Assembly: GCA_964016885.1 (NCBI GenBank)
Contig: OZ024750.1
Coordinates: forward strand, 34,286,001 to 34,350,000
Length of the DNA stretch: 64,000 nt
Reading direction: 5' to 3'
DNA from: Eledone cirrhosa
Taxonomy: Eukaryota
In this document: in pieces, positions 13,101 to 28,300 of the stretch
Numbering within the stretch: position 1 is the first letter of the stretch
Layout: every line of letters begins with the position of its first letter
Program-made: the position numbers and the translations under genes
Notes under the pieces: generated by a model
Told to the model about the DNA's origin: nothing
Seen by the model: only the letters and a program-made list of their open reading frames with translations
The model's database searches: none

Positions 13101-16100
13101 CTTCAGTCTTATCCTAACACATGGGCAGCTTCAGTCTTATCCTAACACATGGGCAGCTTCAGTCTTATCCTAACATGGGCAGCTTCAGTCTTATCCTAAC
13201 ATGGGCAGCTTCAGTCTTATCCTAACATGGGCAGCTTGAGTCTTATCCTAACATGGGCAGCTTCAGTCTTATCCTAACACTTGGGCAGCTTCAGTCTTAT
13301 CCTAACATGGGCAGCTTCAGTCTTATCCTAACATGGGCAGCTTGAGTCTTATCCTAACATGGGCAGCTTCAGTCTTATCCTAACATGGGCAGCTTGAGTT
13401 TTATCCTAACATGGGCAGCTTCAGTCTTATCCTAACACATGGGCAGCTTCAGTCTTATCCTAACATGGGCAGCTTGAGTCTTATCCTAACATGGGCAGCT
13501 TGAGTCTTATCCTAACACATGGGCAGCTTGAGTCTTATCCTAACACATGGGCAGCTTGAGTCTTATCCTAACACATGGGCAGCTTGAGTCTTATCCTAAC
13601 ACATGGGCAGCTTGAGTCTTATCCTAACATGGGCAGCTTGAGTCTTATCCTAACATGGGCAGCGCGAGTCTTATCCTAACACATGGGCAGCTTGAGTCTT
13701 ATCCTAACATGGGCAGCTTGAGTCTTATCCTAACACATGGGCAGCTTGAGTCTTATCCTAACACATGGGCAGCTTGAGTCTTATCCTAACCTTTGGGCAG
13801 CTTGAGTCTTATCCTAACACATGGGCAGCTTCAGTCTTATCCTAACACAAGGGCAGCTTGAGTCTTATCCTAACACATGGGCAGCTTCAGTCTTATCCTA
13901 ACACATGGGCAGCTTGAGTCTTATCCTAACACATGGGCAGCTTCAGTCTTATCCTAACACATGGGCAGCTTGAGTCTTATCCTAACACATGGGCAGCTTC
14001 AGGCTTATCCTAACACATGGGCAGCTTGAGTCTTATCCTAACACATGGGCAGCTTCAGTCTTATCCTAACACATGGGCAGCTTGAGTCTTATCCTAACAT
14101 GGGCAGCTTGAGTCTTATCCTAACATGGGCAGATTGAGTCTTATCCTAACACAAGGGCAGCTTGAGTCTTATCCTAACACAAGGGCAGCTTGAGTCTTAT
14201 CCTAACACAAGGGCAGCTTGAGTCTTATCCTAACACATGGGCAGCTTCAGTCTTATCCTAACACATGGGCAGCTTCAGTCTTATCCTAACACATGGGCAG
14301 CTTCAGTCTTATCCTAACACATGGGCAGCTTCAGTCTTATCCTAACACATGGGCAGCTTGAGTCTTATCCTAACATGGGCAGCTTGAGTCTTATCCTTAC
14401 ATGGGCAGCTTGAGTCTTATCCTAACACATGGGCAGCTTGAGTCTTATCCTAACACAAGGGCAGCTTGAGTCTTATCCTAACACATGGGCAGCTTGAGTC
14501 TTATCCTAACACATGGGCAGCTTGAGTCTTATCCTAACACTTGGGCAGCTTGAGTCTTATCCTAACATGGGCAGCTTGAGTCTTATCCTAACATGGGCAG
14601 CGCGAGTCTTATCCTAACATGGGCAGCTTGAGTCTTATCCTAACACATGGGCAGCTTCAGTCTTATCCTAACACATGGGCAGCTTGAGTCTTATCCTAAC
14701 ATGGGCAGCTTGAGTCTTATCCTAACATGGGCAGCTTGAGTCTTATCCTAACACATGGGCAGCTTGAGTCTTATCCAAACACAAGGACAGCTTGAGTCTT
14801 ATCCTAACACATGGGCAGCTTCAGTCTTATCCTAAAACATGGGCAGCTTCAGTCTTATCCTAACATGGGCAGCTTCAGTCTTATCCTAACATGGGCAGCT
14901 TCAGTCTTATCCTAACATGGGCAGCTTCAGTCTTATCCTAACATGGGCAGCTTGAGTCTTATCCTAACATGGGCAGCTTCAGTCTTATCCTAACACATGG
15001 GCAGCTTCAGTCTTATCCTAACATGGGCAGCTTCAGTCTTATCCTAACATGGGCAGCTTGAGTCTTATCCTAACATGGGCAGCTTCAGTCTTATCCTAAC
15101 ATGGGCAGCTTGAGTCTTATCCTAACATGGGCAGCTTCAGTCTTATCCTAACATGGGCAGCTTGAGTCTTATCCTAACATGGGCAGCTTGAGTCTTATCC
15201 TAACACATGGGCAGCTTGAGTCTTATCCTAACACATGGGCAGCTTGAGTCTTATCCTAACACATGGGCAGCTTGAGTCTTATCCTAACACATGGGCAGCT
15301 TGAGTCTTATCCTAACACATGGGCAGCTTGAGTCTTATCCTAACATGGGCAGCTTGAGTCTTATCCTAACATGGGCAGCGCGAGTCTTATCCTAACACAT
15401 GGGCAGCTTGAGTCTTATCCTAACATGGGCAGATTGAGTCTTATCCTAACACATGGGCAGCTTGAGTCTTATCCTAACACAAGGGCAGCTTGAGTCTTAT
15501 CCTAACACATGGGCAGCTTCAGTCTTATCCTAACACATGGGCAGCTTGAGTCTTATCCTAACACATGGGCAGCTTCAGTCTTATCCTAACACATGGGCAG
15601 CTTCAGTCTTATCCTAACACATGGGCAGCTTGAGTCTTATCCTAACATGGGCAGCTTGAGTCTTATCCTAACATGGGCAGCTTGAGTCTTATCCTAACAC
15701 AAGGGCAGCTTGAGTCTTATCCTAACACATGGGCAGCTTCAGTCTTATCCTAACACATGGGAAGCTTGAGTCTTATCCTAACACATGGGCAGCTTGAGTC
15801 TTATCCTAACATGGGCAGCTTGAGTCTTATCCTAACATGGGCAGCGCGAGTCTTATCCTAACACATGGGCAGCTTGAGTCTTATCCTAACATGGGCAGCT
15901 TGAGTCTTATCCTAACATGGGCAGCTTCAGTCTTATCCTAACATGGGCAGCTTCAGTCTTATCCTAACATGGGCAGCTTCAGTCTTATCCTACACATGGG
16001 CAGCTTCAGTCTTATCCTAACATGGGCAGCTTGAGTCTTATCCTAACACATGGGCAGCTTCAGTCTTATCCTAACACATTGGCAGCTTGAGTCTTATCCT

Positions 16101-18600
16101 AACACATGGGCAGCTTGAGTCTTATCCTAACATGGGCAGCTTGTGTCTTATCCTAACATGGGCAGCTTGAGTCTTATCCTAACATGGGCAGCTTGAGTCT
16201 TATCCTAACATGGGCAGCTTCAGTCTTATCCTAACACATGGGCAGCTTCAGTCTTATCCTAACACATGGGCAGCTTCAGTCTTATCCTAACATGGGCAGC
16301 TTCAGTCTTATCCTAACATGGGCAGCTTCAGTCTTATCCTAACATGGGCAGCTTGAGTCTTATCCTAACATGGGCAGCTTCAGTCTTATCCTAACACTTG
16401 GGCAGCTTCAGTCTTATCCTAACATGGGCAGCTTCAGTCTTATCCTAACATGGGCAGCTTGAGTCTTATCCTAACATGGGCAGCTTCAGTCTTATCCTAA
16501 CATGGGCAGCTTGAGTTTTATCCTAACATGGGCAGCTTCAGTCTTATCCTAACACATGGGCAGCTTCAGTCTTATCCTAACATGGGCAGCTTGAGTCTTA
16601 TCCTAACATGGGCAGCTTGAGTCTTATCCTAACACATGGGCAGCTTGAGTCTTATCCTAACACATGGGCAGCTTGAGTCTTATCCTAACACATGGGCAGC
16701 TTGAGTCTTATCCTAACACATGGGCAGCTTGAGTCTTATCCTAACATGGGCAGCTTGAGTCTTATCCTAACATGGGCAGCGCGAGTCTTATCATAACACA
16801 TGGGCAGCTTGAGTCTTATCCTAACATGGGCAGCTTGAGTCTTATCCTAACACATGGGCAGCTTGAGTCTTATCCTAACACATGGGCAGCTTGAGTCTTA
16901 TCCTAACCTTTGGGCAGCTTGAGTCTTATCCTAACACATGGGCAGCTTCAGTCTTATCCTAACACAAGGGCAGCTTGAGTCTTATCCTAACACATGGGCA
17001 GCTTCAGTCTTATCCTAACACATGGGCAGCTTGAGTCTTATCCTAACACATGGGCAGCTTCAGTCTTATCCTAACACATGGGCAGCTTGAGTCTTATCCT
17101 AACACATGGGCAGCTTCAGGCTTATCCTAACACATGGGCAGCTTGAGTCTTATCCTAACACATGGGCAGCTTCAGTCTTATCCTAACACATGGGCAGCTT
17201 GAGTCTTATCCTAACATGGGCAGCTTGAGTCTTATCCTAACATGGGCAGATTGAGTCTTATCCTAACACAAGGGCAGCTTGAGTCTTATCCTAACACAAG
17301 GGCAGCTTGAGTCTTATCCTAACACAAGGGCAGCTTGAGTCTTATCCTAACACATGGGCAGCTTCAGTCTTATCCTAACACATGGGCAGCTTCAGTCTTA
17401 TCCTAACACATGGGCAGCTTCAGTCTTATCCTAACACATGGGCAGCTTCAGTCTTATCCTAACACATGGGCAGCTTGAGTCTTATCCTAACATGGGCAGC
17501 TTGAGTCTTATCCTTACATGGGCAGCTTGAGTCTTATCCTAACACATGGGCAGCTTGAGTCTTATCCTAACACAAGGGCAGCTTGAGTCTTATCCTAACA
17601 CATGGGCAGCTTGAGTCTTATCCTAACACATGGGCAGCTTGAGTCTTATCCTAACACTTGGGCAGCTTGAGTCTTATCCTAACATGGGCAGCTTGAGTCT
17701 TATCCTAACATGGGCAGCGCGAGTCTTATCCTAACATGGGCAGCTTGAGTCTTATCCTAACACATGGGCAGCTTCAGTCTTATCCTAACACATGGGCAGC
17801 TTGAGTCTTATCCTAACATGGGCAGCTTGAGTCTTATCCTAACATGGGCAGCTTGAGTCTTATCCTAACACATGGGCAGCTTGAGTCTTATCCTAACACA
17901 AGGACAGCTTGAGTCTTATCCTAACACATGGGCAGCTTCAGTCTTATCCTAAAACATGGGCAGCTTCAGTCTTATCCTAACATGGGCAGCTTCAGTCTTA
18001 TCCTAACATGGGCAGCTTCAGTCTTATCCTAACATGGGCAGCTTCAGTCTTATCCTAACATGGGCAGCTTGAGTCTTATCCTAACATGGGCAGCTTCAGT
18101 CTTATCCTAACACATGGGCAGCTTCAGTCTTATCCTAACATGGGCAGCTTCAGTCTTATCCTAACATGGGCAGCTTGAGTCTTATCCTAACATGGGCAGC
18201 TTCAGTCTTATCCTAACATGGGCAGCTTGAGTCTTATCCTAACATGGGCAGCTTCAGTCTTATCCTAACATGGGCAGCTTGAGTCTTATCCTAACATGAG
18301 CAGCTTGAGTCTTATCCTAACACATGGGCAGCTTGAGTCTTATCCTAACACATGGGCAGCTTGAGTCATATCCTAACACATGGGCAGCTTGAGTCTTATC
18401 CTAACACATGGGCAGCTTGAGTCTTATCCTAACACATGGGCAGCTTGAGTCTTATCCTAACATGGGCAGCTTGAGTCTTATCCTAACATGGGCAGCGCGA
18501 GTCTTATCCTAACACATGGGCAGCTTGAGTCTTATCCTAACATGGGCAGATTGAGTCTTATCCTAACACATGGGCAGCTTGAGTCTTATCCTAACACATG
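10150..18600 (+). repeat. Overlapping tandem duplications with offsets 2152 bp and 3117-3118 bp (three copies of a core block)
   Basis: GGGAAGC is at 10492, 12644 and 15762. CACATTGGC is at 10811, 12963 and ~16080. AACCTTTGGG is at 11639, 13791 and 16908. AAGGACAG (~14785/~17902) and CAGATTGAG (~15433/~18550) extend the 3117-bp pair. Confidence 0.9.
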
Positions 18601-19399
18601 GGCAGCTTGAGTCTTATCCTAACACTTGGGCAGCTTGAGTCTTATCCTAACACATGGGCAGCTTGAGTCTTATCCTAACACAAGGGCAGCTTGAGGCTTA
18701 TCCTAACACATGGGCAGCTTCAGTCTTATCCTAACACATGGGCAGCTTGAGTCTTATCCTAACACATGGGCAGCTTCAGTCTTATCCTAACACATGGGCA
18801 GCTTGAGTCTTATCCTAACACATGGGCAGCTTCAGTCTTATCCTAACACATGGGCAGCTTGAGTCTTATCCTAACATGGGCAGCTTGAGTCTTATCCTAA
18901 CATGGGCAACGCGAGTCTTATCCTAACACATGGGCAGCTTGAGTCTTATCCTAACACAAGGGCAGCTTGAGTCTTATCCTAACACAAGGGCAGCTTGAGT
19001 CTTATCCTAACACAAGGGCAGCTTGAGTCTTATCCTAACACATGGGCAGCTTGAGTCTTATCCTAACACATGGGCAGCTTGAGTCTTATCCTAACACATG
19101 GGCAGCTTCAGTCTTATCCTAACACATGGGCAGCTTCAGTCTTATCCTAACACATGGGCAGCTTGAGTCTTATCCTAACATGGGCAGCTTGAGTCTTATC
19201 CTAACATGGGCAGCTTGAGTCTTATCCTAACACATGGGCAGCTTGAGTCTTATCCTAACACAAGGGCAGCTTGAGTCTTATCCTAACACATGGGCAGCTT
19301 CAGTCTTATCCTAACACATGGGCAGCTTGAGTCTTATCCTAACACATGGGCAGCTTGAGTCTTATCCTAACATGGGCAGCTTGAGTCTTATCCTAACAT

Positions 19400-22300
19400 A
19401 GGCAGCGCGAGTCTTATCCTAACATGGGCAGCTTGAGTCTTATCCTAACACATGGGCAGCATGAGTCTTATCCTAACATGGGCAGCTTGAGTCTTATCCT
19501 AACACATGGGCAGCTTGAGTCTTATCCTAACATGGGCAGCTTGAGTCTTATCCTAACACATGGGCAGCTTCAGTCTTATCCTAACACATGGGCAGCTTCA
19601 GTCTTATCCTAACACATGGGCAGCTTGAGTCTTATCCTAACATGGGCAGCTTGAGTCTTATCCTAACACATGGGCAGCTTGAGTCTTATCCTAACACATG
19701 GGCAGCTTGAGTCTTATCCTAACATGGGCAGCTTGAGTCTTATTCTAATACATGGGCAGCTTGAGTCTTATCCTAACACATGGGCAGCTTGAGTCTTATC
19801 TAACACATGGGCAGCTTCAGTCTTATCCTAACATGGGCAGCTTGAGTCTTATCCTAAAACATGGGCAGCTTGAGTCTTATCCTAACACATGGGCAGCTTG
19901 AGTCTTATCCTAACATGGGCAGCTTGAGTCTTATCCTAACATGGGCAGCTTGAGTCTTATCCTAACACATGGGCAGCTTCAGTCTTATCCTAACACATGG
20001 GCAGCTTGAGTCTTATCCTAACACATGGGCAGCTTGAGTCTTATCCTAACATGGGCAGCTTGAGTCTTATCCTAACACATGGGCAGCTTCAGTCTTATAC
20101 TAACATGGGCAGCTTGAGTCTTATCCTAACATGGGCAGCTTGAGTCTTATCCTAACATGGGCAGCTTGAGTCTTAACCTAACATGGGCAGCTTGAGCCTT
20201 ATCCTAACATGGGCAGCTTGAGTCTTATCCTAACACATGGGCAGCTTGAGTCTTATCCTAACATGGGCAGCTTGAGTCTTATCCTAACACATGGGCAGCT
20301 TGAGTCTTATCCTAACATGGGCAGCTTGAGTCTTATCCTAACACATGGGCAGCTTGAGTCTTATCCTAACATGGGCAGCTTGAGTCTTATCCTAACACAT
20401 GGGCAGCTTGAGTCTTATCCTAACATGGGCAGCTTGAGTCTTATCCTAACACATGGGCAGCTTGAGTCTTATCCTAACACATGGGCAGCTTCAGTCTTAT
20501 CCTAACACAAGGGCAGCTTGAGTCTTATCCTAACACATGGGCAGCTTGAGTCTTATCCTAACACATGGGCAGCTTCAGTCTTATCCTAACACATGGGCAG
20601 CTTGAGTCTTATCCTAACACATGGGCAGCTTGAGTCTTATCCTAACATAAGGGCAGCATGAGTCTTATCCTAACACATGGGCAGCTTGAGTCTTATCCTA
20701 ACACATGGGAAGCTTCAGTCTTATCCTAACACATGGGCAGCTTGAGTCTTATCCTAACACAAGGGCAGCTTGAGTCTTATCCTAACACATGGGCAGCTTC
20801 AGTCTTATCCTAACATGGGCAGCTTGAGTCTTATCCTAACACATGGGCAGCATGAGTCTTATCCTAACACATGGGCAGCTTGAGTCTTATCCTAACACAA
20901 GGGCAGCATGAGTCTTATCCTAACACATGCGCAGCTTGAGTCTTATCCTAACACATGGGCAGCTTGAGTCTTATCCTAACACATGGGCAGCTTGAGTCTT
21001 ATCCTAACACATGGGCAGCTTAAGTCTTATCCTAACACAAGGGCAGCATGAGTCTTATCCTAACACATGCGCAGCTTCAGTCTTATCCTAACACATGGGC
21101 AGCTTGAGTCTTATCCTAACACATGGGCAGCATGAGTCTTATCCTAACACAAGGGCAGCATGAGTCTTATCCTAACACAAGGGCAGCTTGAGTCTTATCC
21201 TAACACATGGGCAGCTTCAGTCTTATCCTAACACAAGGGCAGCATGAGTCTTATCCTAACACATGGGCAGCTTGAGTCTTATCCTAACACATGGGCAGCT
21301 TGAGTCTTATCCTAACACATGGGCAGCTTGAGTCTTATCTTAACATGGGCAGCTTGAGTCTTATCCTAACATGGGCAGCTTCAGTCTTATCCTAACATGG
21401 GCAGCTTCAGTCTTATCCTAACATGGGCAGCTTCAGTCTTATCCTAACACATGGGCAGCTTCAGTCTCATCCTAACATGGGCAGCTTGAGTCTTATCCTA
21501 ACACATGGGCAGCTTCAGTCTTATCCTAACACAGGGGCAGCTTGAGTCTTATCCAAACACATGGGCAACTTGAGTCTTATCCTAACATGGGCAGCTTGAG
21601 TCTTATCCTAACATGGGCAGCTTGAGTCTTATCCTAACATGGGCAGCTTCAGTCTTATCCTAACATGGGCAGCTTCAGTCTTATCCTAACATGGGCAGCT
21701 TGAGTCTTATCCTAACATGGGCAGCTTCAGTCTTATCCTAACATGGGCAGCTTGAGTCTTATCCTAACATGGGCAGCTTGAGTCTTATCCTAACATGGGC
21801 AGCTTCAGTCTTATCCTAACATGGGCAGCTTGAGTCTTATCCTAACATGGGCAGCTTCAGTCTTATCCTAACACATGGGCAGCTGCAGTCATATCCTAAC
21901 ATGGGCAGCTTCAGTCTTATCCTAACATGAGCAGCTTCAGTCTTATCCTAACATGGGCAGCTTCAGTCTTATCCTAACATGGACAGCTTCAGTCTTATCC
22001 TAACATGGGCAGCTTCAGTCTTATCCTAACACATGGGCAGCTTCAGTCTTATCCTAACATGGGCAGCTTCAGTCTTATCCTAACATGGGCAGCTTGAGTC
22101 TTATCCTAACATGGGCAGCTTGAGTCTTATCCTAACATGGGCAGCTTGAGTCTTATCCTAACATGGGCAGCTTCAGTCTTATCCTAACACATGGGCAGCT
22201 TCAGTCTTATCCTAACATGGGCAGCTTGAGTCTTATCCTAACATGGGCAGCTTGAGTCTTATTCTAACACATGGGCAGCTTGAGTCTTATCCTAACACAT

Positions 22301-25300
22301 GGGCAGCTTGAGTCTTATCCTAACACATGGGCAGCTTGAGTCTTATCCTAACACATGGGCAGCTTGAGTCTTATCCTAACATGGGCAGCTTGAGTCTTAT
22401 CCTAACATGGGCAGCGCGTGTCTTATCCTAATACATGGGCAGCTTGAGTCTTATCCTAACATGGGCAGCTTGAGTCTTATCCTAACACATGGGCAGCTTG
22501 AGTCTTATCCTAACACATGGGCAGCTTGAGTCTTATCCTAACACTTGGGCAGCTTGAGTCTTATCCTAACACATGGGCAGCTTGAGTCTTATCCTAACAC
22601 ATGGGCAGCTTGAGTCTTATCCTAACACATGGGCAGCTTGAGTCTTATCCTAACACATGGGCAGCTTGAGTCTTATCCTAACACAAGGGCAGCTTGAGTC
22701 TTATCCTAACACATGGTCAGCTTGAGTCTTATCCTAACACATAGGCAGCTTGAGTCTTATCCTAACACATGGGCAGCTTGAGTCTTATCCTAACATGGGC
22801 AGCTTGAGTCTTATCCTAACATGGGCAGCGCGAGTCTTATCCTAACATGGGCAGCTTGAGTCTTATCCTAACACATGGGCAGCTTCAGTCTTATCCTAAC
22901 ATGGGCAGCTTGAGTCTTATCCTAACACATGGGCAGCTTCAGTCTTATCCTAACATGGGCAGCACGAGTCTTATCCTAACACATGGGCAGCTTCAGTCTT
23001 ATCCTAACACATGGGCAGCTTCAGTCTTATCCTAACATGGGCAGCGCGAGTCTTATCCTAACATGGGCAGCTTGAGTCTTATCCTAACACATGGGCAGCA
23101 TGAGTCTTATCCTAACATGGGCAGCTTGAGTCTTATCCTAACACATGGGCAGCTTGAGTCTTATCCTAACATGGGCAGCTTGAGTCTTATCCTAACACAT
23201 GGGCAGCTTCAGTCTTATCCTAACACATGGGCAGCTTCAGTCTTATCCTAACACATGGGCAGCTTGAGTCTTATCCTAACACATGGGCAGCTTGAGTCTT
23301 ATCCTAACACATGGGCAGCTTAAGTCTTATCCTAACACAAGGGCAGCATGAGTCTTATCCTAACACATGCGCAGCTTCAGTCTTATCCTAACACATGGGC
23401 AGCTTGAGTCTTATCCTAACACATGGGCAGCATGAGTCTTATCCTAACACAAGGGCAGCATGAGTCTTATCCTAACACAAGGGCAGCTTGAGTCTTATCC
23501 TAACACATGGGCAGCTTCAGTCTTATCCTAACACAAGGGCAGCATGAGTCTTATCCTAACACATGGGCAGCTTGAGTCTTATCCTAACACATGGGCAGCT
23601 TGAGTCTTATCCTAACACATGGGCAGCTTGAGTCTTATCTTAACATGGGCAGCTTGAGTCTTATCCTAACATGGGCAGCTTCAGTCTTATCCTAACATGG
23701 GCAGCTTCAGTCTTATCCTAACATGGGCAGCTTCAGTCTTATCCTAACACATGGGCAGCTTCAGTCTCATCCTAACATGGGCAGCTTGAGTCTTATCCTA
23801 ACACATGGGCAGCTTCAGTCTTATCCTAACACAGGGGCAGCTTGAGTCTTATCCAAACACATGGGCAACTTGAGTCTTATCCTAACATGGGCAGCTTGAG
23901 TCTTATCCTAACATGGGCAGCTTGAGTCTTATCCTAACATGGGCAGCTTCAGTCTTATCCTAACATGGGCAGCTTCAGTCTTATCCTAACATGGGCAGCT
24001 TGAGTCTTATCCTAACATGGGCAGCTTCAGTCTTATCCTAACATGGGCAGCTTGAGTCTTATCCTAACATGGGCAGCTTGAGTCTTATCCTAACATGGGC
24101 AGCTTCAGTCTTATCCTAACATGGGCAGCTTGAGTCTTATCCTAACATGGGCAGCTTCAGTCTTATCCTAACACATGGGCAGCTGCAGTCATATCCTAAC
24201 ATGGGCAGCTTCAGTCTTATCCTAACATGAGCAGCTTCAGTCTTATCCTAACATGGGCAGCTTCAGTCTTATCCTAACATGGACAGCTTCAGTCTTATCC
24301 TAACATGGGCAGCTTCAGTCTTATCCTAACACATGGGCAGCTTCAGTCTTATCCTAACATGGGCAGCTTCAGTCTTATCCTAACATGGGCAGCTTGAGTC
24401 TTATCCTAACATGGGCAGCTTGAGTCTTATCCTAACATGGGCAGCTTGAGTCTTATCCTAACATGGGCAGCTTCAGTCTTATCCTAACACATGGGCAGCT
24501 TCAGTCTTATCCTAACATGGGCAGCTTGAGTCTTATCCTAACATGGGCAGCTTGAGTCTTATTCTAACACATGGGCAGCTTGAGTCTTATCCTAACACAT
24601 GGGCAGCTTGAGTCTTATCCTAACACATGGGCAGCTTGAGTCTTATCCTAACACATGGGCAGCTTGAGTCTTATCCTAACATGGGCAGCTTGAGTCTTAT
24701 CCTAACATGGGCAGCGCGTGTCTTATCCTAATACATGGGCAGCTTGAGTCTTATCCTAACATGGGCAGCTTGAGTCTTATCCTAACACATGGGCAGCTTG
24801 AGTCTTATCCTAACACATGGGCAGCTTGAGTCTTATCCTAACACTTGGGCAGCTTGAGTCTTATCCTAACACATGGGCAGCTTGAGTCTTATCCTAACAC
24901 ATGGGCAGCTTGAGTCTTATCCTAACACATGGGCAGCTTGAGTCTTATCCTAACACATGGGCAGCTTGAGTCTTATCCTAACACAAGGGCAGCTTGAGTC
25001 TTATCCTAACACATGGTCAGCTTGAGTCTTATCCTAACACATAGGCAGCTTGAGTCTTATCCTAACACATGGGCAGCTTGAGTCTTATCCTAACATGGGC
25101 AGCTTGAGTCTTATCCTAACATGGGCAGCGCGAGTCTTATCCTAACATGGGCAGCTTGAGTCTTATCCTAACACATGGGCAGCTTCAGTCTTATCCTAAC
25201 ATGGGCAGCTTGAGTCTTATCCTAACACATGGGCAGCTTCAGTCTTATCCTAACATGGGCAGCACGAGTCTTATCCTAACACATGGGCAGCTTCAGTCTT

Positions 25301-28300
25301 ATCCTAACACATGGGCAGCTTCAGTCTTATCCTAACATGGGCAGCGCGAGTCTTATCCTAACATGGGCAGCTTGAGTCTTATCCTAACACATGGGCAGCA
25401 TGAGTCTTATCCTAACATGGGCAGCTTGAGTCTTATCCTAACACATGGGCAGCTTGAGTCTTATCCTAACATGGGCAGCTTGAGTCTTATCCTAACACAT
25501 GGGCAGCTTCAGTCTTATCCTAACACATGGGCAGCTTCAGTCTTATCCTAACACATGGGCAGCTTGAGTCTTATCCTAACATGGGCAGCTTGAGTCTTAT
25601 CCTAACACATGGGCAGCTTGAGTCTTATCCTAACACATGGGCAGCTTGAGTCTTATCCTAACATGGGCAGCTTGAGTCTTATTCTAACACATGGGCAGCT
25701 TGAGTCTTATCCTAACACATGGGCAGCTTGAGTCTTATCCTAACACATGGGCAGCTTGAGTCTTATCCTAACATGGGCAGCTTGAGTCTTATCCTAACAC
25801 ATGGGCAGCTTGAGTCTTATCCTAAATGGGCAGCTTGAGTCTTATCCTAACATGGGCAGCTTGAGTCTTATCCTAACACATGGGCAGCTTCAGTCTTATC
25901 CTAACACATGGGCAGCTTGAGTCTTATCCTAACACATGGGCAGCTTGAGTCTTATCCTAACATGGGCAGCTTGAGTCTTATCCTAACATGGGCAGCTTGA
26001 GTCTTATCCTAACACATGGGCAGCTTCAGTCTTATCCTAACACATGGGCAGCTTGAGTCTTATCCTAACACATGGGCAGCTTGAGTCTTATCCTAACATG
26101 GGCAGCTTGAGTCTTATCCTAACACATGGGCAGCTTCAGTCTTATGCTAACATGGGCAGCTTGAGTCTTATCCTAACATGGGCAGCTTGAGTCTTATCCT
26201 AACATGGGCAGCTTGAGTCTTAACCTAACATGGGCAGCTTGAGCCTTATCCTAACATGGGCAGCTTGAGTCTTATCCTAACACATGGGCAGCTTGAGTCT
26301 TATCCTAACATGGGTAGCTTGAGTCTTATCCTAACACATGGGCAGCTTGAGTCTTATCCTAACATGGGCAGCTTGAGTCTTATCCTAACACATGGGCAGC
26401 TTGAGTCTTATCCTAACATGGGCAGCTTGAGTCTTATCCTAACACATGGGCAGCTTGAGTCTTATCCTAACATGGGCAGCTTGAGTCTTATCCTAACACA
26501 TGGGCAGCTTGAGTCTTATCCTAACACATGGGCAGCTTCAGTCTTATCCTAACACAAGGGCAGCTTGAGTCTTATCCTAACACATGGGCAGCTTGAGTCT
26601 TATCCTAACACATGGGCAGCTTCAGTCTTATCCTAACACATGGGCAGCTTGAGTCTTATCCTAACACATGGGCAGCTTGAGTCTTATCCTAACATAAGGG
26701 CAGCATGAGTCTTATCCTAACACATGGGCAGCTTGAGTCTTATCCTAACACATGGGAAGCTTCAGTCTTATCCTAACACATGGGCAGCTTGAGTCTTATC
26801 CTAGCACAAGGGCAGCTTGAGTCTTATCCTAACACATGGGCAGCTTCAGTCTTATCCTAACATGGGCAGCTTGAGTCTTATCCTAACACATGGGCAGCAT
26901 GAGTCTTATCCTAACACATGGGCAGCTTGAGTCTTATCCTAACACAAGGGCAGCATGAGTCTTATCCTAACACATGGGCAGCTTGAGTCTTATCCTAACA
27001 CATGGGCAGCTTGAGTCTTATCCTAACACATGGGCAGCTTGAGTCTTATCCTAACACATGGGCAGCTTAAGTCTTATCCTAACACAAGGGCAGCATGAGT
27101 CTTATCCTAACACATGCGCAGCTTCAGTCTTATCCTAACACATGGGCAGCTTGAGTCTTATCCTAACACATGGGCAGCATGAGTCTTATCCTAACACAAG
27201 GGCAGCATGAGTCTTATCCTAACACAAGGGCAGCTTGAGTCTTATCCTAACACATGGGCAGCTTCAGTCTTATCCTAACACAAGGGCAGCATGAGTCTTA
27301 TCCTAACACATGGGCAGCTTGAGTCTTATCCTAACACATGGGCAGCTTGAGTCTTATCCTAACACATGGGCAGCTTGAGTCTTATCCTAACATGGGCAGC
27401 TTGAGTCTTATCCTAACATGGGCAGCTTCAGTCTTATCCTAACATGGGCAGCTTCAGTCTTATCCTAACATGGGCAGCTTCAGTCTTATCCTAACACATG
27501 GGCAGCTTCAGTCTTATCCTAACATGGGCAGCTTGAGTCTTATCCTAACACATGGGCAGCTTCAGTCTTATCCTAACACAGGGGCAGCTTGAGTCTTATC
27601 CAAACACATGGGCAACTTGAGTCTTATCCTAACATGGGCAGCTTGAGTCTTATCCTAACATGGGCAGCTTGAGTCTTATCCTAACATGGGCAGCTTCAGT
27701 CTTATCCTAACATGGGCAGCTTCAGTCTTATCCTAACATGGGCAGCTTGAGTCTTATCCTAACATGGGCAGCTTCAGTCTTATCCTAACATGGGCAGCTT
27801 GAGTCTTATCCTAACATGGGCAGCTTGAGTCTTATCCTAACATGGGCAGCTTGAGTCTTATCCTAACATGGGCAGCTTCAGTCTTATCCTAACATGGGCA
27901 GCTTGAGTCTTATCCTAACATGGGCAGCTTCAGTCTTATCCTAACACATGGGCAGCTTCAGTCATATCCTAACATGGGCAGCTTCAGTCTTATCCTAACA
28001 TGAGCAGCTTCAGTCTTATCCTAACATGGGCAGCTTCAGTCTTATCCTAACATGGACAGCTTCAGTCTTATCCTAACATGGGCAGCTTCAGTCTTATCCT
28101 AACACATGGGCAGCTTCAGTCTTATCCTAACATGGGCAGCTTCAGTCTTATCCTAACATGGGCAGCTTGAGTCTTATCCTAACATGGGCAGCTTCAGTCT
28201 TATCCTAACATGGGCAGCTTGAGTCTTATCCTAACATGGGCAGCTTCAGTCTTATCCTAACACATGGGCAGCTTCAGTCTTATCCTAACATGGGCAGCTC

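Noticed and set aside
15985-25830. Singleton 1-bp deletions (~15992 CCTACAC, ~19800 TATCTAAC, ~25825 CCTAAATGGG)
   Set aside because: They are not shared with duplicate copies and lie in or beside short homopolymers, so they cannot be told apart from sequencing or consensus errors.
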